Origin: Somniosus microcephalus | Taxonomy: Eukaryota | Direction: 5' to 3' | Assembly: GCA_052327205.1 (NCBI GenBank) | Contig: CM126210.1 | Span: forward strand, 98,084,001-98,148,000 | DNA: 64,000 nucleotides | Shown: positions 25,618-39,300 of the stretch, piece by piece | Layout of the letters: every line of letters begins with the position of its first letter | How positions within the stretch are numbered: position 1 is the stretch's first letter | Made by a program: the position numbers and the translations under genes | Notes under the pieces: generated by a model | The model's input: the letters and a program-made list of their open reading frames with translations, nothing else | Database searches by the model: none | Told to the model about the DNA's origin: nothing

Positions 25618-25985
25618 TCCCCTTAGTGGCTCAGTGGGTAAATAACATGACATGGTGCTCAACTGAACTGTGCAGATTAGGAAAGTCTTGGTTCTGATTC
25701 CCCATCTATGCTGAGTTAACTGATTGCCACAAGGGCCCTGCATTTGGCCTCAGTGTCCCTAAGCTAGGGAGAGAGAAATCAACCAGGTTTCTCACTCCTA
25801 ATTGCACTCCATGATCTTTGTTTGAAAGTGTACATAGGGATGTTTAGGATCAAGCTTAGCTGTGATACTCCCAATGTTGAATTGTCCTCCAACAGGTATA
25901 TTGATCACTTGGGTGGGGTTCTGGAGGGCTATTCGTATCTGTGAACCGTACCCCAGCATGAGTCATCACCTTCAGGAAGGAAGAG
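25618..25985 (+). mobile_element. LF-SINE-like element
   Basis: tRNA-like head AGTGGCTCAGTGGGTAAA and core TTGGCCTCAGTGTCCCTAAGCTAGGGAGAGAGAAATCAACCAGG resembling the LF-SINE consensus as remembered. Confidence 0.65.
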
Positions 25986-27451
25986 TTTTATTTAAGTTAA
26001 CACTGCCAAATGAAGCACCATTTGTCTCGAAATTGTGAACACAAGTTGTGAGTTCAACTTTTTATACCCAGAGGTGGCACAGATTGGAAATTCAGTTACA
26101 CACTGTGCATGATTTTCCATTTCCACTGACAGCGCAGTATAGCTCACCCATTTCACAAGATCCACTTTAATGGAGTCAGAGTCCAGAGATGGTAGTCAAT
26201 CGATATTCATCATATAACAACCTAAAGACACTAATACCATTATATTGATACCATTAGTTCTGATGAAAGGCCTGCACCGCAAGCATTAATCTGGCTTTTC
26301 TATTTAAAGACACTGTCAAACCTACCATTATTGTTAATGTGTATTGTTTCAATTGTATTAAGGCACCAATTTATTTTAAAATGAAACCCTATAAACTGTG
26401 TTACAGTGTTATTCCTGGTAGGAGTGTAAAACAACTGCTGCACAATACTCCATAGGCTTTCTTTTAGCAATTTGCATATCCAATAGACCAAGAGCACATA
26501 TTGGGAATTCAGGCAGGAAGGTCAGCAGGCCCTGCAGGATTTTCCATCCATTATATAAAAGTCCATAAAGTGGTATAAAGTTGCCAATATCTACGCAGGT
26601 GTAGAAATAATATTGAGCTCAGACAAATATGCATTGCTAATATAAATCATATGTAATATAAAGTTTGGTATGAAAGGGGTATTGAACTTCCACAGATAAA
26701 CATTTGCCAATATAAAACATGTGCAATCCTGTTGCTATGTTCACAATGCTACCATATGACTGCCACTGAAGGTCCAATCTGCATAAGATAATTTTCTCAG
26801 TGGAATCAATAATAATCTTGTCTGCACCAGTATGAAGAGGTTCCAAAGGAGTTCCTGGAATGTAGAATGCCAGTTTACATAAATGACTCCCCACGTGTCT
26901 TGTGGAGGCACTGAGCAACCACGCCACAGCTCTCCAGCATCACCTAGCAACTGATTACTGTGATACATCGGCATGAGGTCTTACTCCCTTCTTTAGCAGA
27001 GAATGGTATATGACACAGAAGGGAGTAATCTGATGAGGGGGATTCAAAAATATATATTATATTGCATAGAGCTCTGACAGAAAGTCACTCATTTCTGCGG
27101 TGCCCACTCAACTGGCCTGCCAATTAATTATCTTATTGAGCAAGTGCTGCAAATTGTAGCAAAACAAAATATCACAAGATCGACTCGATACAGCTGGATA
27201 AACCTTTATTATCTTTAGCCATGGTTAGCTGGAAAAAGATATTTGCAAATTAGAGACCAATTTTTCCAATGTGGCTTTTATCTCAAGTGGATGGAGAGAT
27301 CCTGGAGTTTGAGAAACAGGAAGGTTTAATGGTTAAAATTGATACATTAAAAGTACATAGGAATTAAAATATAAACAATATAAAAGTAAAGTTAAAATAG
27401 CAGAGAGAATGACGAAGAAGGGAGATTGGGGAAAAGAGTGAACACAAATGA

Positions 27452-27550
27452 ACTGGACAAAAAATCGTCGACCTGAAATGTTAACTCTGTTTCTCTCTCC
27501 GCAGATGCTGCCTGACCTGCTGACTATTTCCAGCATTTTCTGTTTTTATT
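27452..27550 (+). repeat. Short interspersed repeat (CTGAAAYGTTAAC...CAGATGCTGCCTGACCTGCTGA family, possibly Penelope-derived)
   Basis: Related copies near 26258-26320, 28000-28090, 31900-32060, 32575-32705, 39995-40035 and 58400-58552. Confidence 0.6.
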
Positions 27551-29269
27551 ACATATGAGCTAGAATTGCATTTAGTGTTTACTTTAGTGTTATAAGTTTA
27601 ATATTGCACCAGTAATGTATATTTCATATCTAGGTGGCATGGTTATTTTAATATTGGGGTTTGTTTCAGTGTTATTGTATGTGAGTTGAAATGTTGAGAC
27701 TCTGGTCAAGTGAACTGGTATTCCCTGAAACTGCTGGTGTCTAAGGGTTGGGAGAATGGATCATTATTATTAGTAAATCAAGTTATTTACCTTAGAAACA
27801 GACCTTAGTTATCTCCCCTCCACCCCACCCCCACCCTTTTTTCACTGCCGGGGGTACATGGTGGATCTGCTGGCTTCTGGGGGTGAGGAAGCAGGTTGAT
27901 ATTTTAGGTGTGGGGCATATAATCTATAGCTCTAGTGGTGGTGTGGTGCTGGGGGTGGGGGGTGGTCGGGCCTGAGGGGTCTGCTCCTTGGATATGGGGC
28001 TGCCTTTTCTCTTTTTGGATACTGGTAGACCTGTGTGTTTCTAATATTAGCTGTTTACATTTCAGATCTCCTGCATTTGCAGGTTTTTTTTCAATTTCAT
28101 CCATGTTCTTGTTTTTTTTTCTTGCGTGGGTCTTCCCATGTCTTTTCAATGCCAACTCTTTTCACACTCTTTTGTTCTTTTAACTTATTTTTCCTGCCTC
28201 ATTCAGATGATCATTTATATCATCGGCCAATTTCCTGCTTTGTTAGTAACCAGTTTGCAAGTCATTCAACCCATTAACTTCTTCTCTGTGATTGGTGTAT
28301 CTGTTATTTCCTCCCTCCATTTTGTTCTGATTTTTTTGGTTTACACCAGCAACGGTAACCTGACTTTTCTCTTTAACAGTGCTGAAAGGTTCATTGTGTA
28401 TTTGCAACATTTTATGTTTGTATTTCTGCCTTAGAAGTAGCCGGGGTCTAGTGTACTTGTTAATAACACTTTCTTAACTGAAATTTCTATTTGTGCTCAC
28501 AACCTCTCTCTATAATAAATTTAAAATCTTACATCTGCGTGCATTTCCTTTCAAATTTTTCCATCATAATTTCTTTTGTCTATATTTATGTTGGAAACTG
28601 CCTATGTAAAGTTGTTATGCTGTAATTACACCCTCCCATCGTGGTGGCACTGTTGCATCTTGGTTTTGCATCTCCCAGCTCCTCAGCCAATACTACAGAG
28701 AAACTCCAACCTACTCCATTACTCTGCTTCTCAAATTGCCATTTAAATAATAGAAAATCAAAGTGTTAAGTAAATAAAAAAGACAGAATGTATGACTTTA
28801 AAATGCTAATTGAATAAGTCTGAGCATCCTGATCTAATTAACTCTTGCCATCTAACCCTGCTTCCTCTTAAGACCACACTATGTCTTGATCCCCCATGTG
28901 CAATGCCACAGGGGATCAGCTAGTGATGATTTATATATAAATAATATGAAAAGCTGCGTCAGCTTTGAAGCCTCGACATGGGAGAAAAGCAATGGCAGGA
29001 TCACTCAATGGCTGAATCCGTGTTTTTCATACTTTGGAACTTCTAACAGAAATTACCTCATGGCATCCTTTCCAAATGATAGGGGTTCATTTTTAAATGA
29101 TTTTCTCCATTTGTTTCAGATTGATAAAACAGAACATAGCACACAGAAAATAGCATTCAGTGCACAGCACATAGTTCACAGCACAAGACAGACCATATTC
29201 AGCATTCAGTGAACTGAAAACAGTCCATAACACATAGCAATCAGTATACAAACAGCAAGAATAATTAGT

Positions 29270-29930
29270 GGAAATATACATTAAATGATAAGAATTTAAA
29301 AAGAGTATAGGAACAGAGAGACTCAATGGTTCAGATACTCAGACCTTTAAAAGTGGGAGGACAGGTTAATAAAGCTGTTAAAAATAGCATATGAAATCCC
29401 AGGTTATATTAAATACATACATAAGTACAAAAGCAAAGAGGTAATACTAAATCTGTACAAATTATTGGTTATGCTGCAATTAGATTAATGAGATTTTACA
29501 CCTCACCACCCTTTAGTTTTTAGAACTAGGTTAAATGTCAGGAGGTTTTTCTTTTCCCAGAGGGTCATTGACCTTTGGAATAGGTTGGCAGCTCATACAC
29601 TGAGTGCAGATTGACTGCAAACATTCAAAAGGGAGCTGGACAAATTCCTGGACATCGCTGGGATGTTGGAGATTTTACCTTGTTGTCATTGTTATTTCCT
29701 GGAACTCATTTTGATCACATTAGGGATTCAGGGAGGAATTTCCCAGCATTCTTTTTTCCCTGAATTGACCTAGGGTTTTTTTATTCTGTGTTTTTTGCCT
29801 CTCCCAGGAGATTTGTTGGCTGCTCATGGGTGAGGACTAGCGGGGGTTGTATTGCTTAGTTGCAATGTAGCTGAATGGGATGGACGTGCTGGTCTTTATC
29901 TGTCTGTCTGTTTTGTATGTTTGTATATTT
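29270..29930 (+). mobile_element. Degraded CR1-like LINE 3' fragments
   Basis: Remnants corresponding to YKSKEVILNLYK.L and FFFSQRVIDLWNRL; ttgtatgt-like tail. Confidence 0.55.
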
Positions 29931-30424
29931 CCATTGCATGCTAGCAGCACATATTGGGAGATTTCACATCCCCAGTCAATGATGTTGTCCATTAAAATTA
30001 ATGGATGGAAACTCATGGGCTAGAGTGTACAATTTCCCAATTGCACTCCCAGCGTGCAACAGGAGTGCCCAACTGGAAAATCTCCCCTATTATGTCTAGT
30101 TTTGAATGCTTTTCTTCTTTAAGAAAGCTGTCAAGACCAAGCAGAGGATGCATAAGAACTTTTCTAAGATGATACCAGGGAAGAGAGATTATGAAGAAAG
30201 ACCAGAGAAACTGGGGCTCTTTTTACAGAGAAGGTTAAGAGGAAATCTTGTAGATGGGGTTCAATATTATGATGATGAGGCCCGAGGGCCAATTTAGGAC
30301 AGTCCTTGGACTCCTCCATTCAGGCACACCATCTCTGCACGGATCGTACCTGGTTTTGGACACTAATGAATTTTGGCCTTATGAGTTCACACAGTATAAA
30401 ATAGTTAGAAAACCATATGTTGCT

Positions 30425-30822
30425 GAAAAGAACTTGCATTTATATAGCACCTTTCAAAAGGCTTTCCTCATGCCCTCAGGATGTACCGAAGCTTTTTGAA
30501 GTGCAGTCACTGTTGTTAAGTAGACAAACGTGGCAGCTAATTTGCACACAGCAAGGTTCCACAAGTAGCTAATAAGATGAAGGACCAGTTAATCTGTTTG
30601 GTGCTGTTGATTACGGGATGAATATTGGCCAGGACAAAGGGAGAATTCCCTGCTCTTCTTCAAAAAAAATCATGGGATCTTTTAAATCCACCTGAAAGAT
30701 GGCACTTCTAACAATACAGCACCTGCTCAGCATCAGCCTCAGTTAGGTGGTCAAGTCCTATAGTGGGGCTGAACCCCCAACATCTAACTCAGAGAGCAGA
30801 GTTCTACTCGTGAGTCAAGCTG
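30425..30822 (-). mobile_element. Deu-domain SINE (minus strand)
   Basis: Reverse complement of 19148-19617 with internal deletions. Confidence 0.75.
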
Positions 30823-33800
30823 GCAAACAGTGAATGCATATAGCATACAATGAGCAGTATATGACACGTGGTAAATGGTACACAGAAGACAATATACAGA
30901 TCATAGGAAACAGTATACAGCACACAATAGACAGTAGAAAATAGATGGTAAGCTGCATATAATACACCACCAACAACACATATCACACAGTACACAGCAA
31001 ACAGCACAAAACACACAGTAAACATTCTACAATGCAAGGCACACCATGATACCAGTATAAAACTGCAAGTGTCTGTGTGTGAATATACTACTACATTTGT
31101 AATAGCATCTCACTGTATAAGTAGTGAGATGGCATAATACGGATTGTATCCCATTAGCCTGTGAAACTCTTGCTTTGATCCATGACACACAATCACAATC
31201 TCGACTTTCCTAAAGAAATTACTGATGAAAACTACCATTATTTAAATGAGCTTAAAATCAGGCAGCTGGGGGAAATTGGGGTTGAGTGGTGCAATGTGTT
31301 AGAATGCTGGCCTTTCACCTCTAGGACCTGTGCTTAAGTCCAAATGCACTGTGATGTGAAGAAAGCTTACTTTCTTTGCTAGCTGTAAATGATGTCTTGA
31401 AACCAATTTATTCAGTTGCAAACTAGTTCTGGTAAACATAAGTCCATAAAACAAAACTGTCCAGCATTTAGCACTGAGAGAATATAAATGCTCTGGTTGC
31501 TATGTGTACCAAATTGTTTGAATGCATTTATGATGTTGCTACACATAGTGATTAGAGGAAATCTCCCAGATAAATTAACAATCTCACTCATAGCTGTCAG
31601 TGATTATTGGTAAGGGAAATGAAAAGACAAATTGCACTGGGTATAACAGGAGGTGTTCTTCTAATGCTGGGATTTCAGATCATTGCTCAGATGGGACAAT
31701 AAGTGCAGCTCTGAATCTGGCCTCTACTATATTGACCGAAGAGTGTTTAATGCCAACATCCAGTGCTCAATCTGGAAAAAACATTCCATCGCCCACAGCT
31801 GATATATTTCACCTTGATAAGCACAAAGTGTACACAGATTGATTATTTTTAATAGAGGTAGTTGCAATATGTTCTTATATAATCTACAAGCTTTTAAAAC
31901 CCAAAATGAAAACAGCAAATGTTGGATATACATAACAGATCAATCAGCAGCTAAAAAGAGAAAGGAAAATTAACATTTCAGTTCTGACAAAGTATCTACA
32001 TCAAAATGTCAGCCTCCTTTTTATCTATTCAGAGGCTGTGTATTTCCAGCAATTTTTGTTTTACTTTCACATTTCCAGTATTTCCACTTAAAAAAAATCT
32101 GCTTTTAAAATCCAAGCTTAGCAATACTTCATGGATTAACTCCTCTTTTCATCCTTCTCTTAACCTGCATTCAAGAGCCTTGTCCCTCCAACTAAGAGTG
32201 TGTTTACACTACAACTTCAGTGTCACTGCAAAGTGGTTTATGCTTTGGGTACCAGTGCTAAAGTTGCAACATCAATCCGGAATCAGGGCAGAGCTGAATC
32301 TGGAAAGATGTGACGCGAGCCTCCCTGCAGGATATAATCTCGTGACTTGGTCAAACATCACATGGAGTGTAACTCCAACTTGGTGTCAAATGAGGTTAAA
32401 AAGTTGCCTGACGGTTCTTTGGAACTCTTCAATGTTTTTTAAACCTACTTGCAGGTAATGTAAACGTGTAGCGAATGTGGCCACTGCCTCACTAAACATT
32501 TAATCGTTAATTGCTGGGTGAGCTCTCGCCAAGGCCTAGACATTGTTGTTCCAGCCAGGCAGTGTGAACAGAGAACTAAAAAGCAAATACAAACTGTAGA
32601 TGCTGGGAATCGGAAACAAAAAAAGAAAGTGCTGGAAACACTCAGCAAGTCGACAGCATTTGTGCAGAAAACAGACAATCCGGCGTTTCAGGTGTGGACC
32701 CTTCAATGAACCTTTACTGCAACTACTGATTCAAAACTAGTAAATGCAACGTAGATTTCTCAACAGCAACAAAACTCACGTCCGTACAGTAGTTGGGGGT
32801 GAAAGAAAAAAGATCAGGGCTATTCCAGATCTCCTGCTGTGTACTGTGAAGTTTCACACAATGAGTGTGGGGTTCATGTGAATGTAAGGGAGCTTTCTGA
32901 TTGAGGTGTGTTGCTGATCTTTGGTTCAGTGTGTGACAACCTGTTCCCTGCAGGTTGCCGGCAGCCGTGCCCAGCGTAGCCCCGGGGCCTAACTCGGCCA
33001 CAGCACAGCAATCGTCAGCAGCTCAGGACCGACTTTACCCAGCGGGTTAAAATGTGACCCAGCGGTTAATGACCGTGTGGTTTTTTACAAGAAATTAAGC
33101 ATAAAACTGAACTTGCAATAATAAGGCGTGATCATTACATAAAAACAAATAAAGTCCCTGTGAAAATAATTGTAATATGTTTGAACCGACATAATCCACC
33201 GTGTAATTCTTCAGCGAACAGAACGGGAATTGTTTTGTTTTCCTACAATAAGAACGGAAAGGAGGAGAGGAACTTTTTGTTTTACCTGAAGCTGAAATGC
33301 AAAACAAAACATTACAGGAAAGGGGCAATTTTGCTTTTTTATTTTTTAAATGTTGCTGCCGGGTTCTGAAGCTCAGGTCAGAACCACTCGAGCGATGCAG
33401 ACGCTCAAAGCTTGTGTGTGAGGTCGGTTTACAGATGAGAATACACTCTTTGGGCAGTATGGATTTTAGTGCCTCTTGCACTAAGGGCTCCGATCTTCCC
33501 ATGGTCATTCGCCTCACCTAGTCAGGCCAGTGTTAAATCGGTGACCTGAAATTTGTTGGAGAAAAAGAAAGCCGTTGCTTTCAACTCGAAGAATAACATT
33601 TCTGGTCGTGTCAGCAAGTAAACCAACCCCACACACAAAGGCCGGCTCATCGGCAACTGCCCTTAAGTGAAGCGTAAAAGGGGTTTACAATATCAACTAA
33701 TATCTTCCACATTGCCTTACAAAGATGCAGTGCCTGCCTTGTATAAATAAAGGTAACGGCGATGGGTGAGGACAGGTGATAGACTGTGGCCCACATATAA

Positions 33801-33999
33801 TATTCGATCTCTTTCTAAAGAGAGCAGGTTTGGGTTTGGGAATAGATTTCCTATATTTGATGTTTTATCGAATTGCTTCCTAGTCTCAAGACGGCAGAAA
33901 TAGAACACGCTCTGGCCTTCAGTGAAAGAAAACTCGTTTGTGTTGTTGGATGAAGTAAAGGAACGGTAGGCGCACTGAACACTGCCTAAGAAATGGCAA

Positions 34000-34005
34000 T
34001 TTATT
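34000..34005 (-). promoter_or_regulatory. Candidate OSR1 polyadenylation signal
   Basis: TTTATT on + (AATAAA on -), ~580 nt past the exon 4 stop; first such hexamer I found downstream of either stop codon. Confidence 0.5.
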
Positions 34006-34582
34006 CGTTTAAAAAGTTAGAAATCCAGTGATACATGAAAATAGTGAAAAAAAACAGCGTAAAGTGCCAAAAACATTTACAAAGAACAATTTGCGTTTAA
34101 AAACACGCAGAATGGAATGTCGTTTCGAATGTTCTGAACTTGCATGACTGTGTGTTCTTTTGTTTTTTTTTCTGTTTTGTTTTCTAATGCACAGTGTGCC
34201 ATGTTTCCAACTCACACGGGCTGAGCACTGAGCTCAGTCTACTTCTGCAGTATTTCACGCAATGCAGTTCACAAGCAAGCACTGCTATGCACTTTCCCAT
34301 CCCTCCGCGGTCCAGTGAGGCACTTTTTTTGCAGCGGTCGATTTTCACCGCAAGAAGCTGAAGCGTTGGAGCAACACTACACCTGTATTCCTGCATTGCC
34401 AAATACAGGTCAACCCGCCCCTCAATCAGTCAGATGTCCCTCATACATTCAAACATCACAAAGTCTCCACATTCTTTCTCTCGCTCTGTTTTTTTTTTGG
34501 CTTCTAGCTGAGGTTTGGTAATGATTCCATCCTACACCCTAAATTTAGGGAAAACCAGACCGGATTAACTCAAATAACGTCT

Positions 34583-34792
34583 CTATCCACATATTGCAGC
34601 TTTTTTGAGTTCTGGGTTGTCCCTGGGGTGGTGGGTGAGGCTGTGGCGCCTCAGGTCACAGTTCCTCCGGAAAACCTTCGCACACTGACGGCAGTTGTAT
34701 GGTTTTATGTCAGTGTGAGTAAGGAGATGGGTTTTCAGGTTGCTTCTCTGATTAAACATTCTGCCACACGTCGGGCAGTTGTGCGGAGATTC
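34583..34792 (-). CDS. OSR1: OSR1 terminal exon encoding C2H2 zinc fingers 4 and 5 (5-finger isoform)
   Basis: Acceptor cttctgtgtttaacag|GAA; 210 nt open: ESPHNCPTCGRMFNQRSNLKTHLLTHTDIKPYNCRQCAKVFRRNCDLRRHSLTHHPRDNPELKKAAICG*; phase 0 matches the donor after 35138. Confidence 0.9.
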   Translation of the reverse strand, partial: ESPHNCPTCGRMFNQRSNLKTHLLTHTDIKPYNCRQCAKVFRRNCDLRRHSLTHHPRDNPELKKAAICG

Positions 34793-35101
34793 CTGTTAAA
34801 CACAGAAGACAAAGCATCACCTTCCAACTCCAAGTTCACGGCGGAGGACATCATGAAGGGCGACACAGTTCAACCGCCCTCGTTTCAAGGGAGGATCTAC
34901 TGAAACAAGGGTTTTTAGAAAACGACACAGGTCTTCCCATAGTAGAATCCCACAGATAATCTGTTTGTATTGGAATAAAGTAACAGAAGAGAACAGCAGC
35001 AGAATGGATATAGTCTATGCTGTTTCTAAATTTGACAGATATGTCCGCGTTATAGGCTTTCATCAACGTTGCATTCTGAGTGCTGTTTGCAGGTTCTATG
35101 C

Positions 35102-35242
<141 letters not shown>

Positions 35243-35681
35243 TTAAAGCAAAATAATGCATTATTTGTCTTTAAAATTAACCGAGCTGTTAAATAGCAGT
35301 TGCAATGCGCGTTTATAGTCAACATAATAAGCTCCTTTAACAAGCAGTTTATCTACATGTTTTCACAAATACTGTTCGCACTCAGCCTTTTAAAAGCTTA
35401 TCTTAGTGCAAGGCTTCAGCAGTTAAATAAATCATATATAGTTCTGGGAAGAGGAATTAAACTACTTAAATTACAATCTTAACTCATTGTTGCAAACTCC
35501 TTAGAACCAATAGTCATTATCATGGATTCGTATCAAAGTTTGAGGTCCTCTACTGTTTGCAACCGACTCTCCAACCAGCCGGATCCTGTTATAACCAAAC
35601 AATTGTGACAACAGAGTTTGAAAGAAGGGGATTACACTGTGCGAGTGCAGGACCCTTCACGGTGAAACAGTGTTCTCTTAC

Positions 35682-36325
35682 CTGTGGTCACGGAGGTGAT
35701 CTTGTCTCCTAAATGCCTTATGACATATGTCACATGTGTAGGGCCGTTCATCGGTGTGGGTCCTTTCGTGTATCAAGAGATTGTAAGATTTGGTAAAGTG
35801 CCTCCCACAGAATTTACAGACAAATTCTTTTTTGGTTTTGGACGGCAATCTGCCCCTGGTGGGCTTCCTTTCCGGTGATAACTTGGTGGCATCTAGCAGG
35901 GAACCAATGGCTGAAGGCGAACACTGTCCGTCTATTTGTCCAAGCTTAGGGTGGTCCTCCTGGGTAGCCGCAATGGCCAAATTGGCGAAGTCAAACCTGG
36001 GCCTTGTCTTGTTTGGAATATTGCTTGATTCTTGTTTTGGTTGGAACACGTGAGGGAAGATGGGGATGGTGGGCAGCTGAAACCTAGTGTCCACCAGAGC
36101 GGAAACAGCAGGTACTTTGGAGAAGGATGACCGGGGCAAAGGCATCGGAGGGTACCCCAGGGTCCATTGATGGAGATGGACAGTGTGCAGGGTGCTGAAG
36201 CCATAGAGGTTGTGCAGCTGATCTGAAGGCGTGGGGATGCCGTTGGAAGCTTGGAGAAATGCGTAGTTCGCCAATTGTAGCGATGGATGAATAGGCACTG
36301 GAGCCGGAATAGTCTTACTGCCCAT
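35682..36325 (-). CDS. OSR1: OSR1 (odd-skipped related 1) first coding exon: N-terminus and zinc fingers 1-2
   Basis: ATG at 36325 in strong Kozak context (GCACCATGG); [18 protein letters not shown]..., [34 protein letters not shown]; donor CAG|GTAAG. The EFVC and [11 protein letters not shown] signatures favour OSR1 over OSR2. Probable acceptor ttttacaccaag puts the exon start at 36378. Predicted products 259 aa (3 fingers) and 317 aa (5 fingers). Confidence 0.96.
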
Positions 36326-39300
36326 GGTGCTCACAGCTGGTGCTCGGGTTGCAGTAGACCTTGCCAACTTGCAGAAACCTTGGTGTAAAAACGCAACACA
36401 TTCAGTGAGTGACGACTTAACTTTCATTCTTATCAAAAGTTCAATTGATTCTCAGAAGCGACAACAATAAGATATTCCACTTCAACACACACACGCCCCT
36501 AAACGCTGGCTATATGTAAAGTAACATAAAGAATAAACAATATAACAGTTAAATGCATATGTCATATTAACACAGTGTAAACATGTTCCCCAAACACAAC
36601 CTTGCATCTTGTTTCTGAGCACTCGATGCTTTCCATGACTCACAGAACGCCCAGACCAGTAAAACACGACGATTCCAATCGACCGCCACCCGCAACATTG
36701 TTTATTTATTATCCCTTCCTGGAGTACTGTGGAAGGCAAGTAAGTGCCCCGCTGTGGTCTTAAACTGAGGTAAAATGAAAACATTTTCAACCTTCAGCCT
36801 AACAAGAGCCATCAATAAAAGTGACGACAGGTAGAAAGGTTGTGTGCAAGCTCCAAGACCCAGAGATTGACTTTTGTCCCGTGTTCTTGTTTATAATTGG
36901 CGGGGATTACCTGATCACTCTTAATGATACTGTGTGATACACTGGGGATTGTACTATTTAAAAAAAGCTCTTTACCCTCTTCTAAAAGAAAACAGAAGAA
37001 ACGTGCAGGTGCGATCTGAAGGAGAATAAACTTGTCAAAGATAAAAGTTTTAAAAAATCACTTTTAAAATGTTATTAATCCCTATTTATCATCGCCGGAA
37101 CCTACGGCTGGTCCCAGCAATGTAACAATCGGAGTAATAGAAGAAACACGTGGCAATGGGTCGGGTCGGCTATTTGTGGTAACCTTTAACCGCGGTTAGA
37201 CATCAAAGGGACAACCTCGGAAGGAGACACATTTGTGTTGTGTTCAACAGTTCGTAACATTATCGAAATCCTGTTGCTATTGTAGCGCCAAATGTCAAGT
37301 AAAACGGGCCCATCCACCACAGAACCTTATTTCTAACTCTTAAATCAATTCACTTTTTTCTTAAATCTGCAAATATGAATTAATACGCGGTTAACGTTCA
37401 ATCTCAGATGCGAATTACCGAGGAGCCTGCAGGACCCAATGGGATTCGATATCTCTGTGTGTTTCGGGTGCTAATATGCTGTTCTTGTTTTCTCGATAGT
37501 GACTGTAAACATTTGACACAAATGAATCGGTGCAAATCACTCGTTGTTGTATTTGGGAAAATAAGGTGAGGTGCAACTAATGACCATTTTCTGGTCCTGA
37601 GATCACCAGGGATTTAGTGGTTTATGGTCATGGCGCAGAAGTAATTGACTCTTACTTCGGATCATTAGAAAGATCCCGTCAGTTATTCCAGATTTACTTT
37701 CAGAAGACAACAGATAGTATTCACTTCAAACAAATGAGGACATTGCTGAAATAACCATAGCGGCTAATTCGCTCGAGCAATGAACGACCACTTCAGATTT
37801 TACTTCAAGAACCAAAAAGAAAAGAAACACACAAGGGAACCAGAACAGTAATCGGTATAAATCATTTGAAATGAATTGGCAAACCAAGCGAACTGACATC
37901 ATGTGGAATTCCTATGCAATGACCCGAAATAAAATACAAGTGACATTTCGCTAAGATTGGCTTTGCTAATTGGTGAGACTTTCCTTTTGTGTTGGTAAGA
38001 AAAGTCACACCAGAAATCTCCTTTAACTCTCAACAGTCACGGCAGATAACGCTCAGTGCAACTAGTCACGGGTAATTTGTCAGCGTGTGTGTGATGAAAG
38101 ACGGTCCCGCGCTGGGTTATGTATCTGTAATTATATTAGATGCTGATTAGGTTCTATTATGTTAACCTATACTTCAGTCTCGCAACCAATCCGGTGTCGT
38201 TTGTTCTTACAGTAATTGGTTGAAATTAAAGGAGCAATTTTATTTCATTAACTGGATTGCCGCATTCAGAAACTAAGGAACGAGCTCGTTAGGTTATTAC
38301 AACTGTCACAAAAGTGTTAACAGGATCGAGGCAAACGATGTTACCGCACACCAGTCATTTAACGGTCTTTATTAACGGGCTTATTAAAATATTTGGAGCA
38401 TATCACATATATTAAACTTTATAGAATGTCGTCGTGAGTATATAAAAGGTCAATTAAAAACAAACGTAAACAAACGAGTGTGGGTCCTGATATAGGCTTG
38501 GAAGTGTTTTAATTTAATAGTGCAACAAATATCAGTCCTTTGCTTTAATTAAGGCAAAATACATTGTTTTTATTTCTTTACAAATGTCTCCATTTGATTC
38601 TGAATGTCACAACATTTCAAGAGGAGTATTAGAATATATTTGATCACGGGCTTTTCTGTGTTACTGTGTGGTGGGATATCAACAGAGACATCTTTAAATG
38701 ATTCAAAAAATCATAGTGCCTCAATTCATTTGTTACATTACAGTCGTATATAAAAAGGAATGTACAAGGAAAGAGGACTGGATCGCTGATCCTTACACAG
38801 TCTAACCTTTTAAATGTCCCATTTAATTTATTGGAAAATTTCCAAACTGAGTTTTACAATTTAATACAGATATTGATGATTCTTTACGATGCAACTGAAA
38901 TCCATTTAATTTATCTCCATTCAAATATACTTGCATCTGCGGCAATGGTGAGATAAGCAGCGGGGAACATTGTGTATTGGCTTAGCTTTTAATAGCGTTT
39001 GCGTACGGTCTCTGGGGGCCAATAGAAAGAATATCGCCTCATATCTCCCGCGTCAACAAATACATTCGGAAGTGTAATTCCCACTGAAACCATATATAAT
39101 GTTTCAGAATGTAGATAGTATAAATATATACCTAACAGTAAATAGAAATGTATTGTTTTAAAACTTTCACTCTAGATGAGAGAACTGGTGACCAAGGAAA
39201 CCAGAGAAGCAGAATAGAAGATTATATGGGCAAGTGAAGTTCAGCCCGTTAGAGAAAATGAAAGAGTTTAAATGAGCAAGTAACACAAAGTCCGGGACAG

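Noticed and set aside
30830-31070. Hydrophobic ORF in a CA-rich stretch
   Set aside because: Low-complexity ACAC/ACAG sequence yields spurious Val/Cys/Tyr-rich translations.
33095-33517. 140-aa minus-strand ORF downstream of OSR1 as an extra exon or gene
   Set aside because: No recognisable domain, and it lies beyond both OSR1 stop codons and the candidate poly(A) signal.
36326-36436. 37-aa N-terminal extension of the OSR1 ORF in the track
   Set aside because: It starts at a non-ATG codon and crosses the probable acceptor near 36379; homology begins at MGSK (36325).
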